Source: Paraspadella gotoi (lineage: Eukaryota > Animalia > Chaetognatha). Taken from it: a stretch of DNA of 64,000 bases. Below, one piece after another: positions 49,097 to 59,547 of this stretch (positions are counted from its first letter, which is position 1; each line of letters begins with the position of its first letter). The position numbers and the translations under genes are program-made. The stretch is from NCBI GenBank assembly GCA_051294375.1, contig JBJCIZ010000239.1, positions 1,816,581 to 1,880,580 of the forward strand, read 5' to 3'. The notes under the pieces were generated by a model that was not told the DNA's origin, made no database searches, and saw nothing but the letters and a program-made list of their open reading frames with translations.

Positions 49097-50554
49097 TCAA
49101 GCGAGAATGAGATTTTCGTCGGATCCGTGAAGCTTGAGTCTTCCGCTGACGCCGATCGGTTGATCGTCGTCGAAAGCGATTCCTTCGCCATCAGGGGTCG
49201 TCGTCGGCGTTGTCGTCGCGGCCGAACCCTCGACTATCGCCGTCACAGTTCCGTTAGACGTCGTCGCGCTCGATTTGTCATTTCCTTGACCCGTCACCAC
49301 GAGCGGGAGACCGACGGCTGTGGCGCCCGCGTTGGCGCCGGAACTGGGCATCAGAACGACCACTCGTTGGCCGCTCTCGTTGGTTGTATTGGAAACCACG
49401 TAACGAACGGTATCTCCGGTCGCTGAAGCATGATCCGGTCCTCCGCCGCAGCAGGAGCCGCACTCTTCGCAGCAGGAGCCGCAGTCGCCGGCGCAACACT
49501 TGGCGCAGACTTGATCCCGCTCGACGGCCTTGGAGGCGATGACGATGCCCCAAATGGCGAAGGCGAGATGGACGACGGCGGCGACGACGATGATCGCGTT
49601 GAGGCAGACGAGCGGGATTTCGAATCGATCGCCGTTCGTCGTCGTCTGTAAATCGCAATCGTAATAATAATACTCGTGATGAGTCGTTTCCTCGCGGCAT
49701 CTCTTCTCGATCATGTCTCGCTGAGCGGTGAGAGCGACGATGGAACCGCCCGCCTCCGCGAAAGGAGCGAAGACGCAGATGACGTTGAGAACGAGAAAAG
49801 CGAAGACGTGACAATTTTGTCCTCGGCGGCACGACCTCCATCCGAGGAAAGAGGTCAAGAAGTGAAAAGGAGCCACGGCCAGAGAGGACGCTCCGACTTG
49901 AGTGTCGAAACTACGGTAATCGTCGGCGCTGCGGAGTCCGAAGTCGACGATGGCCAAAATGATGAGACCGCACGTCGCCGAGACGCCCGTGACGGCGGCG
50001 TTGGCGATCCCGTGGGCCAAGAAGGCTTTGGTCGCGGCGAAGGTGTTGATGTGCGAGTGTTCGGAGGAAGGGTTGAAAGGCTTCTTCGCGTAATGAATGG
50101 CCTGGGAAAAGACGACGACGCTCCAGACGATGGAAACGGCCGCCAGGAACACCGCGACGTACATGACGGCGAAGGCACACGAGACGACCCACATGGTGTA
50201 GTCTTCGTTTCTTTTCCATCGATGGAGCCGATCGACGAAGGCTCCTTGGCAGACGATGACGAAGTTGAGAAAACAAGGAATAAACGCGACCACGTTCATG
50301 GTCAACCCGGCGACGATCATGCAAAACGTCTTCATTTTTCCGGCCAGCAGCGTCACGATTCCGGCAGCGACGTAAAAGACGCCGGCCCAGATGCCGCTTC
50401 CGGCGTCGTTGGCGTCGCCGATGCGACGATCGGCGAACTCTTCCATGACCAAAGCCACTATTTGTGCCAAAATGGCGACGGCGCCGCAAACGATCAGCAC
50501 GATTCCGGTGCGTTTCGACGCCGTCGCATCGAAGAGGCTCGAGATTTCTACCAT
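49097..50554 (-). CDS. Multi-pass membrane protein, tandem MS4A/CD20-like (about 8 TM), single exon
   Basis: 485-aa ORF with GSGIWAGVFYVAAG in the first 4-TM unit, a second 4-TM unit and a Cys-rich juxtamembrane tail. Confidence 0.6.
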   Translation of the reverse strand: MVEISSLFDATASKRTGIVLIVCGAVAILAQIVALVMEEFADRRIGDANDAGSGIWAGVFYVAAGIVTLLAGKMKTFCMIVAGLTMNVVAFIPCFLNFVIVCQGAFVDRLHRWKRNEDYTMWVVSCAFAVMYVAVFLAAVSIVWSVVVFSQAIHYAKKPFNPSSEHSHINTFAATKAFLAHGIANAAVTGVSATCGLIILAIVDFGLRSADDYRSFDTQVGASSLAVAPFHFLTSFLGWRSCRRGQNCHVFAFLVLNVICVFAPFAEAGGSIVALTAQRDMIEKRCREETTHHEYYYYDCDLQTTTNGDRFEIPLVCLNAIIVVAAVVHLAFAIWGIVIASKAVERDQVCAKCCAGDCGSCCEECGSCCGGGPDHASATGDTVRYVVSNTTNESGQRVVVLMPSSGANAGATAVGLPLVVTGQGNDKSSATTSNGTVTAIVEGSAATTTPTTTPDGEGIAFDDDQPIGVSGRLKLHGSDENLILA

Positions 50555-51037
50555 TTTTTTTTTTTGGCAAGGTCGGTCAGTCAGTTTCGGTCAGACCACG
50601 AATTATTATTTTCTCGTCGAGAAAATAACTAGAGAAACTTTTTTAAAAACCCAAGCGCGTCCGAGAGATCGACTCTCGATTTAAAATTTAAATTCCTACC
50701 AACCAAAAATGTGAATCGATTAAGAAAACGCGTTTTCGGATGTAATACAGTCCTGTGCAAAAAAAAAAGAAAAAAAAGAGGACACTCTTCAAACTTAAGT
50801 TACGCTCGTTTTACGCTCATATTATAAAAATTTATGAATAATAAAATCCATATGTATGAGTTAAAAGAAAATTGGTCCAAGCATTCAAGAGCTAGAGCTC
50901 CCGAAAGATAAGTGGTCAAAAACTTGATTTATTTTCATAATGTCTTTGGGTATCTTTTTTTTTTTTGCACCGGACTTCATTAGAATCTTGGGGGTAAAAA
51001 AAAAGCGAACATTTAAATATAGTAACAATTTTTTTTT

Positions 51038-51666
51038 TCATAGTTTCAAAAGGATCGGGGACAAGTGGAGTCTGGATATCACAGTCTGAGGCATGCAGAA
51101 GACAGGGTTGACCCTCGCCAATTGGTCGTCGTCGTGACCCAATAGCGAGAGGCCGGCGAGACCGAAGAGAGTGTGGAAGGGGTCGACGCAATCGCCGGGT
51201 CGGTCCGCGAACCCACCGTCCTCCGCGTCCTGGGAAAAGACGAAGAAGGTTGGGGATTCCTCTTTACTTTTTCAAAAAATATTTTTTATCATTTATTTTA
51301 CTAATTATTAACGATATTTGAAAAAAAAAAAATTGAAATCCTTACTGGCTAACGAGTCAACGTTTGTTCAGGTTTTTGTCAATATGTCATTTTTATGATT
51401 TCAAAATTAATTTATTTTAACATCTACGATGAACGAGTATCGGGTAATGATTGGACTCGCCCAGCAAGCGCGGATATAACTCGCCTGACAGGCCAGGATG
51501 TAGCCAGCCAATTTTTTCCCGTCGATCCAATGCAATCTCCCCAAAATTGCCAACGACGACAAGACCCACCAGGAGTAGCAGACGTCGGGAAGTTTTTCGG
51601 GTCGACCGTTGAGGCCGCCAGAGGGGAGTTGTCTCTCGCACAACCACCACCCTAAATTTTGTTTTA

Positions 51667-51732
<66 letters not shown>

Positions 51733-53022
51733 TTCATTTAAAAAATAAGCTATCTTGCCCCTATCTTTGGATAAGCCTTGCTGGTTTTATCTTAAATAAA
51801 TATTTAGTTTATTAATTTTTTTGGCATTAGCTCTATAAATAAATATGTCTTCAAAAAAAGTGATAAAATTAAAAAGAAAAATCAAAGAGAGAAAACAAAA
51901 CAGAAAAACAAAGAACTCGCTTGTTTTCTCCTCTCTTCTTATTTATTATTTCTCCTCCTCTTCCTCCTCCTCTTCTTCCCCTCACCCAGCTGATCGGGAT
52001 CGACGTGATGCAAATTGTCCGTGATGGCGAGAAACCCGAGGCAGCAGTAGACCTGACCCGCGTGGGTCTCCGAACCCGGCCGCACCCCGAACCCTCCGTC
52101 GAAGTTCTTGCAGGCGAGGACGAATTCCGTCGCCTTGGCGACGTCGATGGCGTCCAGTCGGTCGAGCAGACGCAACGCCGCCGTCGCGCAAAAGGAGAAT
52201 CGCGTGTCCACTTCGCCGTAGCGTCGCCGAAGAACGAACCGTCGTTCTGTGTGCGGAAATCAGAAAGAAGATGATTTGAATTTTGCTGCATTTCGTGATT
52301 TAAAAAAAAAAAAAAAAAAAAAAAGGTATATTACCTGCTGCAAACCGGCGATGAAGCGGACGAGCTTCTCCACGTCCACCCTGTCCAGGGCTTCGTAGGT
52401 GACGAGGATCTGCACGGCGGAGAGCGTGTAGAGGAGGTGAGCGTCGTGATGGACCGAGGCGCCGAATCCGCCGGAGTCGTGTTGACACGAAGCGACGAAG
52501 GAGACGATCTCCGCCTCGTCGAGGCGGTCGTCGGCGCCGCCGAGGGCGAGGGCGGTCGTGGTCCAGTAGATGCCGCTCATTCGGAGGTATTCTGGAGAAG
52601 CGAAGAAGTGTTGGAGCGTAATTGTCGTCAACGGACATTAAAAGACTTATGATTTATAATCATTATTACACGTAGGTCGGAGGGGAAAAAGTAGAAAAGA
52701 CAAGGAATAATGACAAAAATGGGAAAGGAAATACAAATTTTTAAATAAAGAAGAGGTTTAACAAAAAATAATAGAGAGAGAAAAGCAAAAGAGGGGTGAC
52801 AACCGGTGACAGAGTGGAGAGAGAGAGAGAGAGCAAGGAAAGAGATAAATATTAATTCACCAACAATTATGTTAAACTTAAAGCATATCGAGCACCAGTA
52901 ACGACGTATTCGTAATCGTTCTTTCGCTCCGCGTAAGACACTAGAAAATCGAGATGCTTCTTCAGCAAGAGTTCCGTCGGCGCGTCTTCCTTGATCACCA
53001 CGTCCTTGTTCGGTGTTCCCAT
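51038..53022 (-). CDS. RABGGTB: Rab geranylgeranyltransferase beta subunit (5 exons; apparent 1-nt deletion near 52222)
   Basis: [68 protein letters not shown] and [14 protein letters not shown]. Confidence 0.93.
51667..51730. repeat. (AAT)n microsatellite in an intron; similar tracts at 14081-14131, 14774-14800 and 59507-59544, and (AG)n at 17971-18020, 31815-31848 and 61451-61501
   Basis: Simple repeats, directly visible. Confidence 0.95.
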
Positions 53023-53764
53023 GACGACGAGAACGCATAATAAACAGTATCAACAACGAAAAGCGCGACGCTTTGAAAAACTGAAACGTGAAAAAGAACA
53101 AAAGTAGTTTTGTTTGTTTGTTTTTTTTTGTGCCGTAGAAGCGAATAACGAGGACGATTGTAAAAGGAAAAAAAAGAAGTAAAAAGCGAACATTCAAGAA
53201 TAGAAAATAAATAATGAATTCGTTCCGAATCGAAGTGATATTAATAAATTTGAAGATAGAAACGGAAGACATGAGACGATCGTGGGGGGAGGGGGGGCGC
53301 AGGGATCCATTAATGCACACGTTAAAAATCAAACATTAATATTTTGATGTAATTCGATGAGAAGGAATAAAAATAATAAACCGCGTGTCGATAACAACGT
53401 CGACTCGCGTCTGGCCGAGGAGTTTTATGTTTTTGACTTGAGGGAGTTAGAAGCGCCAATCTCGAATCACAGCGACACAGAGAGAGATAATGATTAAACC
53501 AAACATAAGGATTAATGTAAAATACGTTTTTGTTTTAGTTTCGTCGGTGCGTTTAGTTAAAAGAAAAAATTAAACAAAACAACATGGCGAGAATGAGTAT
53601 TTTTTTTTTGTTTTGAGCGGAATAGAGCGAGAGAGCTAAGTCGAAGCTAGGGGTGACAAAAATTAAAAACTTGGCCGGAAAAAAATATTACGACTAAAAA
53701 CGGATTTAGAAAAAAAACTTCCGGCTAAAAAAAAACTTGTATGACTATACGATGAAAATATCAA

Positions 53765-54103
53765 TAAAAAACGAACATACGTGGAGTAGTTTAAAGGAAA
53801 AATAAATCGAAACCTCCAGGGGTCAATCCAACAAGACGAATCAATAATACCATAAAAAAAAACGAACATACGTGGAGTAGTTTAAAGAAAAATAAATCGA
53901 AAACCTCCAGGGGTCAATCCAACAAGACGAATCAATAATACCAATAAAAAAAAAACGAAACATACGTGGAGTAGTTTAAAAGAAAATAAATAGAAAACCT
54001 CCAGAGTCAATCCAACAAGACGAATCAATAATACCAATAAAAAAACCAACATACGTGGAGTAGTTTAAAAGAAAAATAAAATCGAAAACCTCCAGGGGTC
54101 AAT
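53765..54103. repeat. Tandem repeat, ~91-bp unit, ~3.7 copies
   Basis: catacgtggagtagtttaaa recurs at 53776, 53867, 53961 and 54050. Confidence 0.95.
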
Positions 54104-55827
54104 TGCACAGATACGAATCGCTTGAGTTTGTTGGGAATCGGCAGCGCCTCGACGCGACCGTGGACGTCCCACCTACAGACGGAGAGACGCACGACCCGTC
54201 GACACTGGATCTGCAGAGAAGGAAAGGGTCGTCCGCCCGGCAGACCCTTGACGACGGCCTTGAGCCAGGCGATGGTGCCTCGACGGCGCGCCATGGAGAC
54301 CGGAAACTGTTCCGAGTCGATCCACTCGGCCTCGAGACTCAAGTCGCAACCAGCCTCGACGAGCAACTGGCAGGTGTCGATGCAGAGCCGGTCCGCTGCG
54401 CGCCGGAAGGGAGTGTAGCCGTTAAGATTCTTGCGGTTGAGGTTGGAACCGCAGTTGATGAGGTATTTGAGAATTTCTGAGTCGGAGGAGATTGTGAGTT
54501 AGAAACATAAAAATTCATTGTTATTTTTAAATTTTAATGTCGTAAATTTTTTAATGTTTGTTTGCTCCCTCGCTTGCTTTCTCTCTCCTTCACAATCTTT
54601 ACACTCTCTCTTTCACGCGCACAAACCTTTCCTCGATTCGTAAATAGCTTTGTGCAAGGCGGTATTGCCCCCTTTGTCGGCAAAGTCCAAATCGCATCTG
54701 CCCGTCTCGATGATGCTCCTTACGATCTCAACGAGACCCTTGGATCCTCGACCGACAGCGAGGTGAAGGGGCGGGACTCCGTCGGCCGTGACTCGACCGA
54801 CGTCGGCTCCGCGAGATATGAGCAGATCCACCACGTCCGGGTAGCCGTAGTAAGCGGCCGCGTGCAACGCCGTCCAACCGGAATTCGGCGCCGCGTTGAC
54901 GTCGTTTCCGGCGTCGAGCAGCAGCCGCACGATGTCGGCGTGGCCGCGCGACGCCGCCTCGTGCAGCGCCAGAAAGTTGTGGCTGCGGGAGAGGCGGACG
55001 TCGGCGCCGGCGAGAAGTAGGCGTTCGACGCAGGTCGCGTCGCCGACCGAAGCGGCGAGAATTAGCGGCGTCTCTCCGCCCTCGCGCGTTCTCGGATCAA
55101 CGGTGGCGCCGCGGGACAAAAGAGCATCGACGACCTCGACGCCCCCCGATTGGCTGGCCAAGTGGAGCGGAGTGACACCGCCGTCTTCGTCGGGGGTGTC
55201 GGCGGAGGCGCCATGATCGAGAAGGCAGAGGACGAGATCCAATTGGCCAGAGGCGCACGCGGCGTGAAGGCGTGTCCGTCCCCGGGCCATCGCCGCCGCC
55301 GCGCGATTCTTGGCTCTCGCGACGCCACGAGTGGTACGCAGATGCGTGACAGGGTGGACGGCGCCGGGCACGACGAAGCAGGCGGAGGAAATAGGCGCCT
55401 CGTATTGGAGTTGAACGCAATGTAGAGCCCGGCACGAGGCAAAAATTGAGGGATCGTCGAAGCCGTCGTCGTCGACGGAGGAGCGCGGAGGCGATGAGGG
55501 GATTCCGAAGAGGACGCCGCCGCCGTCATCATCGTCTACTTCGTCCTCTATTTCGGCGCAAGTAAAAATAGTGTCATCAGACGGTGGACTCAGCGTCCGC
55601 GGGATCGATTCCACGCAGGAGGCATTTAAGATTCCTTCCAAACAGACCAACGCTTCGCCGTCTTCTTCGAAGCTGATCTCGACGCCGGAAGGGCTCCGCG
55701 CGTCGTAAAACGGCGCCGGGCTCAAGGACGGATCGGCGCCGTTGCCGCGCCGGCGTCGCGTTCGCGCGCAGTGACTGAAAAGCGTGTTGAGAACGGAGCG
55801 AGCGTGAACGCAAACGCAGAGCGCCAT
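54025..55827 (-). CDS. Ankyrin repeat and SOCS box protein (ASB-like), 2 exons
   Basis: Multiple ankyrin repeats (TPLHLA, TPLILA, TALHAA, GNTALHKA) then a SOCS box PSLQIQCRRVVR...VEALPIPNKLKRFV. Start codon uncertain. Confidence 0.8.
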
Positions 55828-56356
55828 TTTGTGCCGCGCATTGTTCGTGCGATGACCTTTTGGTTGTTGCGCCCGAAAGAAACGGCGCGATGTTTATTAA
55901 CGTTTCGAGTAATAACCATACACTGCTTTTGGTTTGTTTTTCTACGTTCCACGACAAAATCTACAGTGAAGAAAAAAAAATAAAAACTTAGAAAAGAAAC
56001 GATTTTTTAAAAGAATATCACCTACTAAAGGCGATCTAATTATCAAAAAGTTCAGATCATTTATTCCGAAAAAAAAAATCGCAATAAGGACAATCACAGA
56101 AAAGCCATCACAAAATATAATTAAATAGAAAAAAAATTTAACTCAAAAGAAGAAGAAAGAAACAAAAATATAATGAGTCTACTATCTATGTAATGATTAT
56201 AATTTTCGTTTCCCGTAAAACTAAGTGACAAGATTGGAATGCCGACGACTCCCGACTCTAAAAATCGCGGTTTTTTTTTTTTTCTTTCTACATCTTTCCA
56301 AAACCAATTTCTCTATCCGCCGACCACGGATCCACGCCTCTCCCCCCTCGCCCTCT

Positions 56357-57848
56357 CTAATGATTCAAAAGCGGGACGTGCTCCGCCTCCGGCTCCACCC
56401 TCTTCCATTCGCTCTTGGTGGCGATGAAAACGACGAAAAAGGCGAAGACGACGATCGAGACTCCGTAAAAGTTGACGACGAAAGATTGAGACGGCAGCGT
56501 CGCGTAATTCGGGACGGCGAAGGAGACTTTCTCCACGATGCCAGTTAACGCCGTCGCGCAAGCTGTGGGGAAAAAGATCCAACGATACAAATTAATTTTA
56601 AAAAAATTCGGTAAAAAGATTTAATGAAGTTTCACGATCGAAAACTGAAATTGGCGAAAAGTCCTAAAGAAAATGTCCTAAAGGCTAGTATCATCAATTG
56701 GTACACTAATGACACGAGTGATTTCGATATATTGAACCATGAAAGTACACAGGAATAGAATTGATGACATGTCAATGACAACAGGACAATATGCAAATGA
56801 ATGATGAGCTCAATCTCATTTTCGGTTGAATCAAAAGTTCCTCTCTTATAGACGTACCCAAGACGAAAATGCCGAGGCCGAAGAATCGATGACTCTCCAT
56901 ATAAAATCTTCTGTAGTTGTCGCTGGCGCCGGGGAAAACGAAGATCAGGAATCCAGCCATGAGCTGAAAAGAATGGGTTAAATATTATTTAGTAATTAAG
57001 TTTAATAATCTATTAATAATAAAATCTCAAACCTGCAAGCCGAACAGAGAGACCGTGCTTATCCCCAGCCACGAATGCATGCTGTACATGTTAGCAATCG
57101 GCGGATTGTGCAGGTTGTGTGAGTCGAAGACGGCCTTCAAGGCGATGCCCGCGAAAAGAAGGGCGCCGGCCTGCAGGGACGGGGAACAGTTTAAAAATAA
57201 TAGAAACATTAAAAATAGATTTCAAGCTGGCGACTGCTGCTGCTGAAACCCGATACCACAGCCTCCTCGTACCTGCAGAGCCCCATGCACGAACTTAACG
57301 AACTTCTTAGGGAAGCGATTGAAGATCCGATAGACGAGGATGGCTTCGGCGTAAAGAAAAATGAGACCGATCGTCATCATCACTGGGTGGTAGTTGAACT
57401 CGAGTCCAGGGTCGGCGTTCCACGCGAACCCTGTATATCAGGGACCAAGTCTTAGGTTTTTAAAAAAAATAAATGCAGTATAAATAAAAATTAAGTTCTT
57501 TAATATCATTTACATATTGCAGTATTACTAAAGAAGTAATATATTTTAAGTCTACAAAACCATATACTAGGAGAAAACAAGAAAAATCAGGACTTGATAA
57601 ACAAAAAATTGAATAAAGTACATTACATAATGATAGCAGGCAACCGTGAGGGCGATTGTCTTTTACTAAAGTCAATCGAATCACCCTCTTCTCAACCGAC
57701 CTCCTTGAAACTTGGAGAACCAGACTGCGGCGAGGACGACGACGAGTAACCCGAAGACCTGAGATCCGAACACGAAGATCGGGAAGAGATGAGACGAGAG
57801 TCCGGCGCTCCTCGCCCCGCCCGCGTCTTCCTCGTCGCTCGAGTGCAT
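56357..57848 (-). CDS. Cytochrome b561 family ascorbate-dependent reductase, 5 exons
   Basis: [49 protein letters not shown] and HRFFG (four heme histidines). Confidence 0.92.
56690..56852. repeat. Dispersed intronic repeat containing ATGCAAAT, copy A
   Basis: Aligns over ~160 bp with 58818-58982 (atcatcaattg.tacactaatgac...caatatgcaaatga...ctcaatctcatt...atcaaaagttcct.tcttata). Confidence 0.8.
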
Positions 57849-58674
57849 GGCGCCGCTGGAACGATGGCGACGCCGGGGCGGACCGGCGCCGGGAAACGCG
57901 GCGCGGTGGAGGAGATTGAAGAAGAAGAGTTTTTTAAGCCGCGATCTCCATCTCATTCGCGGGTCGGGAGAGAGAGAGAGAATGGGATCCAATGAATTGT
58001 ATGAGGGGCGTGGCTGCAAATTAGCCTGATGACTACGAAGGGAAAAAAAAAAACTGGAGAAATAGGCATTGGGTTATCTCCTTTTTTTATTAACCAATTA
58101 TTTTTATTAATAATCATTAACAGATCGAAAAAATTATGTGGCGCATGGAAAGAACAAAATACGATAATTTTTCGACTTTGAGACAATTCGGGGTTTTAAT
58201 TCGGAGGAAAAATACCTAAACAAAGTTTAAGATCGATTATAAAACACTGTTTTCTGACAATTGTACTATCTCATACGTACGTCTGTTTAAATTCCTTATA
58301 TTTTCCGATTAGCCTCGGCTGAAAAGGGGTGCGAATCACGCAAACAAAACATTTTTTTGTGTGTATCTCTAGATTACATTAAAAAACCGAAACAAATGAC
58401 AAAAACAAAAAAAAAAAAATCTGTTTTGAAAAATGATCGGGGAGAACGTCTTTAATAAAAAAAAATACTTGACTAGAATTAGTTGAATCAAACAAAAAAA
58501 AGAAGAGACTGGTCACTTTTTCGTTTTAACAAATTCGACAGGAAGAAGAAAGGACCGGGCGGGGGGGGACAAAGATGAAAGAAAATGTACACGCGCCGGA
58601 CGACCCAGGGGAAAGAGACACGAGAACGACTGAGCGGTTTTTCTTTTTTCTGTTTTCGTTGAAATTCTTCGGAA

Positions 58675-59505
58675 TCAATTTCCCGGCGGTTGAGGGACGA
58701 GGGATGACAAGAAGCTGGTAAGAACGGCCACCGCCACAGTCCAGACGCTTTGACGCTCCTGATTGGGGCGGTGGGGGTGGAAGAAGGGTCTAATCTCTAA
58801 TCTCTCTAATCAATCATTATCATCAATTGCTACACTAATGACAAAAGTGAATTCGTGAAATGAGAACATGAAATACACGTGAACAGAATTTATGACAAGT
58901 TAATATCAATACGACAATATGCAAATGAGATTGATGAACTCAATCTCATTCTTGGTTGTATCAAAAGTTCCTTTCTTATAACTTTTATGGGTAACCGGAT
59001 TATTAAAATATTAAACAAATACTAAAACAATATTTTTTTTTATTCAACACTTCTTAATAAGCGTGGAATCGTTAATCGTTCGCCGTAGCGAATCCGTATT
59101 TCGACTGAACTCACCTGCGGAACCACGACTCTCGTCCCATCGGCCGGCGCACCCTGCTGTCGATCCTCACCCTCTCTCTGCTCCTGACCCATCCTCTCAT
59201 TCTCCCGACGCCCTTCAGTTTGTCCCGCTCCTACGACGCCCGGTTCTCCAGCGGCGGCGTTGGCTTCAGCCGGCGCCGCGTCGGCCGCCGGTCCCGCCGC
59301 GTCGGCCGCCGGTCCCGCCGCGGCCGCCGCCCCTCCTGCATCTCCTCCTCCCGCAGCAGCAGCGGGAGCGGCCGGCGCCGCGGCGTCGACAAAGTTATTG
59401 TTCCTCTGATTTCTGTCGTTGTTGTTGATTCGGTTCCCGTAAACGTGATGGCGAAAAACGTAGAGGAGGAAACAGAATCCGAAGACCAACATGAACCTGG
59501 AGAAG

Positions 59506-59547
<42 letters not shown>

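Noticed and set aside
36931-50632. Long plus-strand ORFs (e.g. 36931-37728, 41550-42572, 43368-44366, 49676-50632)
   Set aside because: They are antisense shadows of GC-rich minus-strand exons, have no recognisable domains and coincide with the real genes.
50745-50915. Tc1-like end (TA CAGTCCTGTGCAAAA)
   Set aside because: No matching second TIR was found, so at most it is a fragment.
53765-54103. CRISPR-like appearance of the periodic repeats here and at 27117-27243
   Set aside because: The units are contiguous with no unique spacers, there are no cas genes and the context is eukaryotic.
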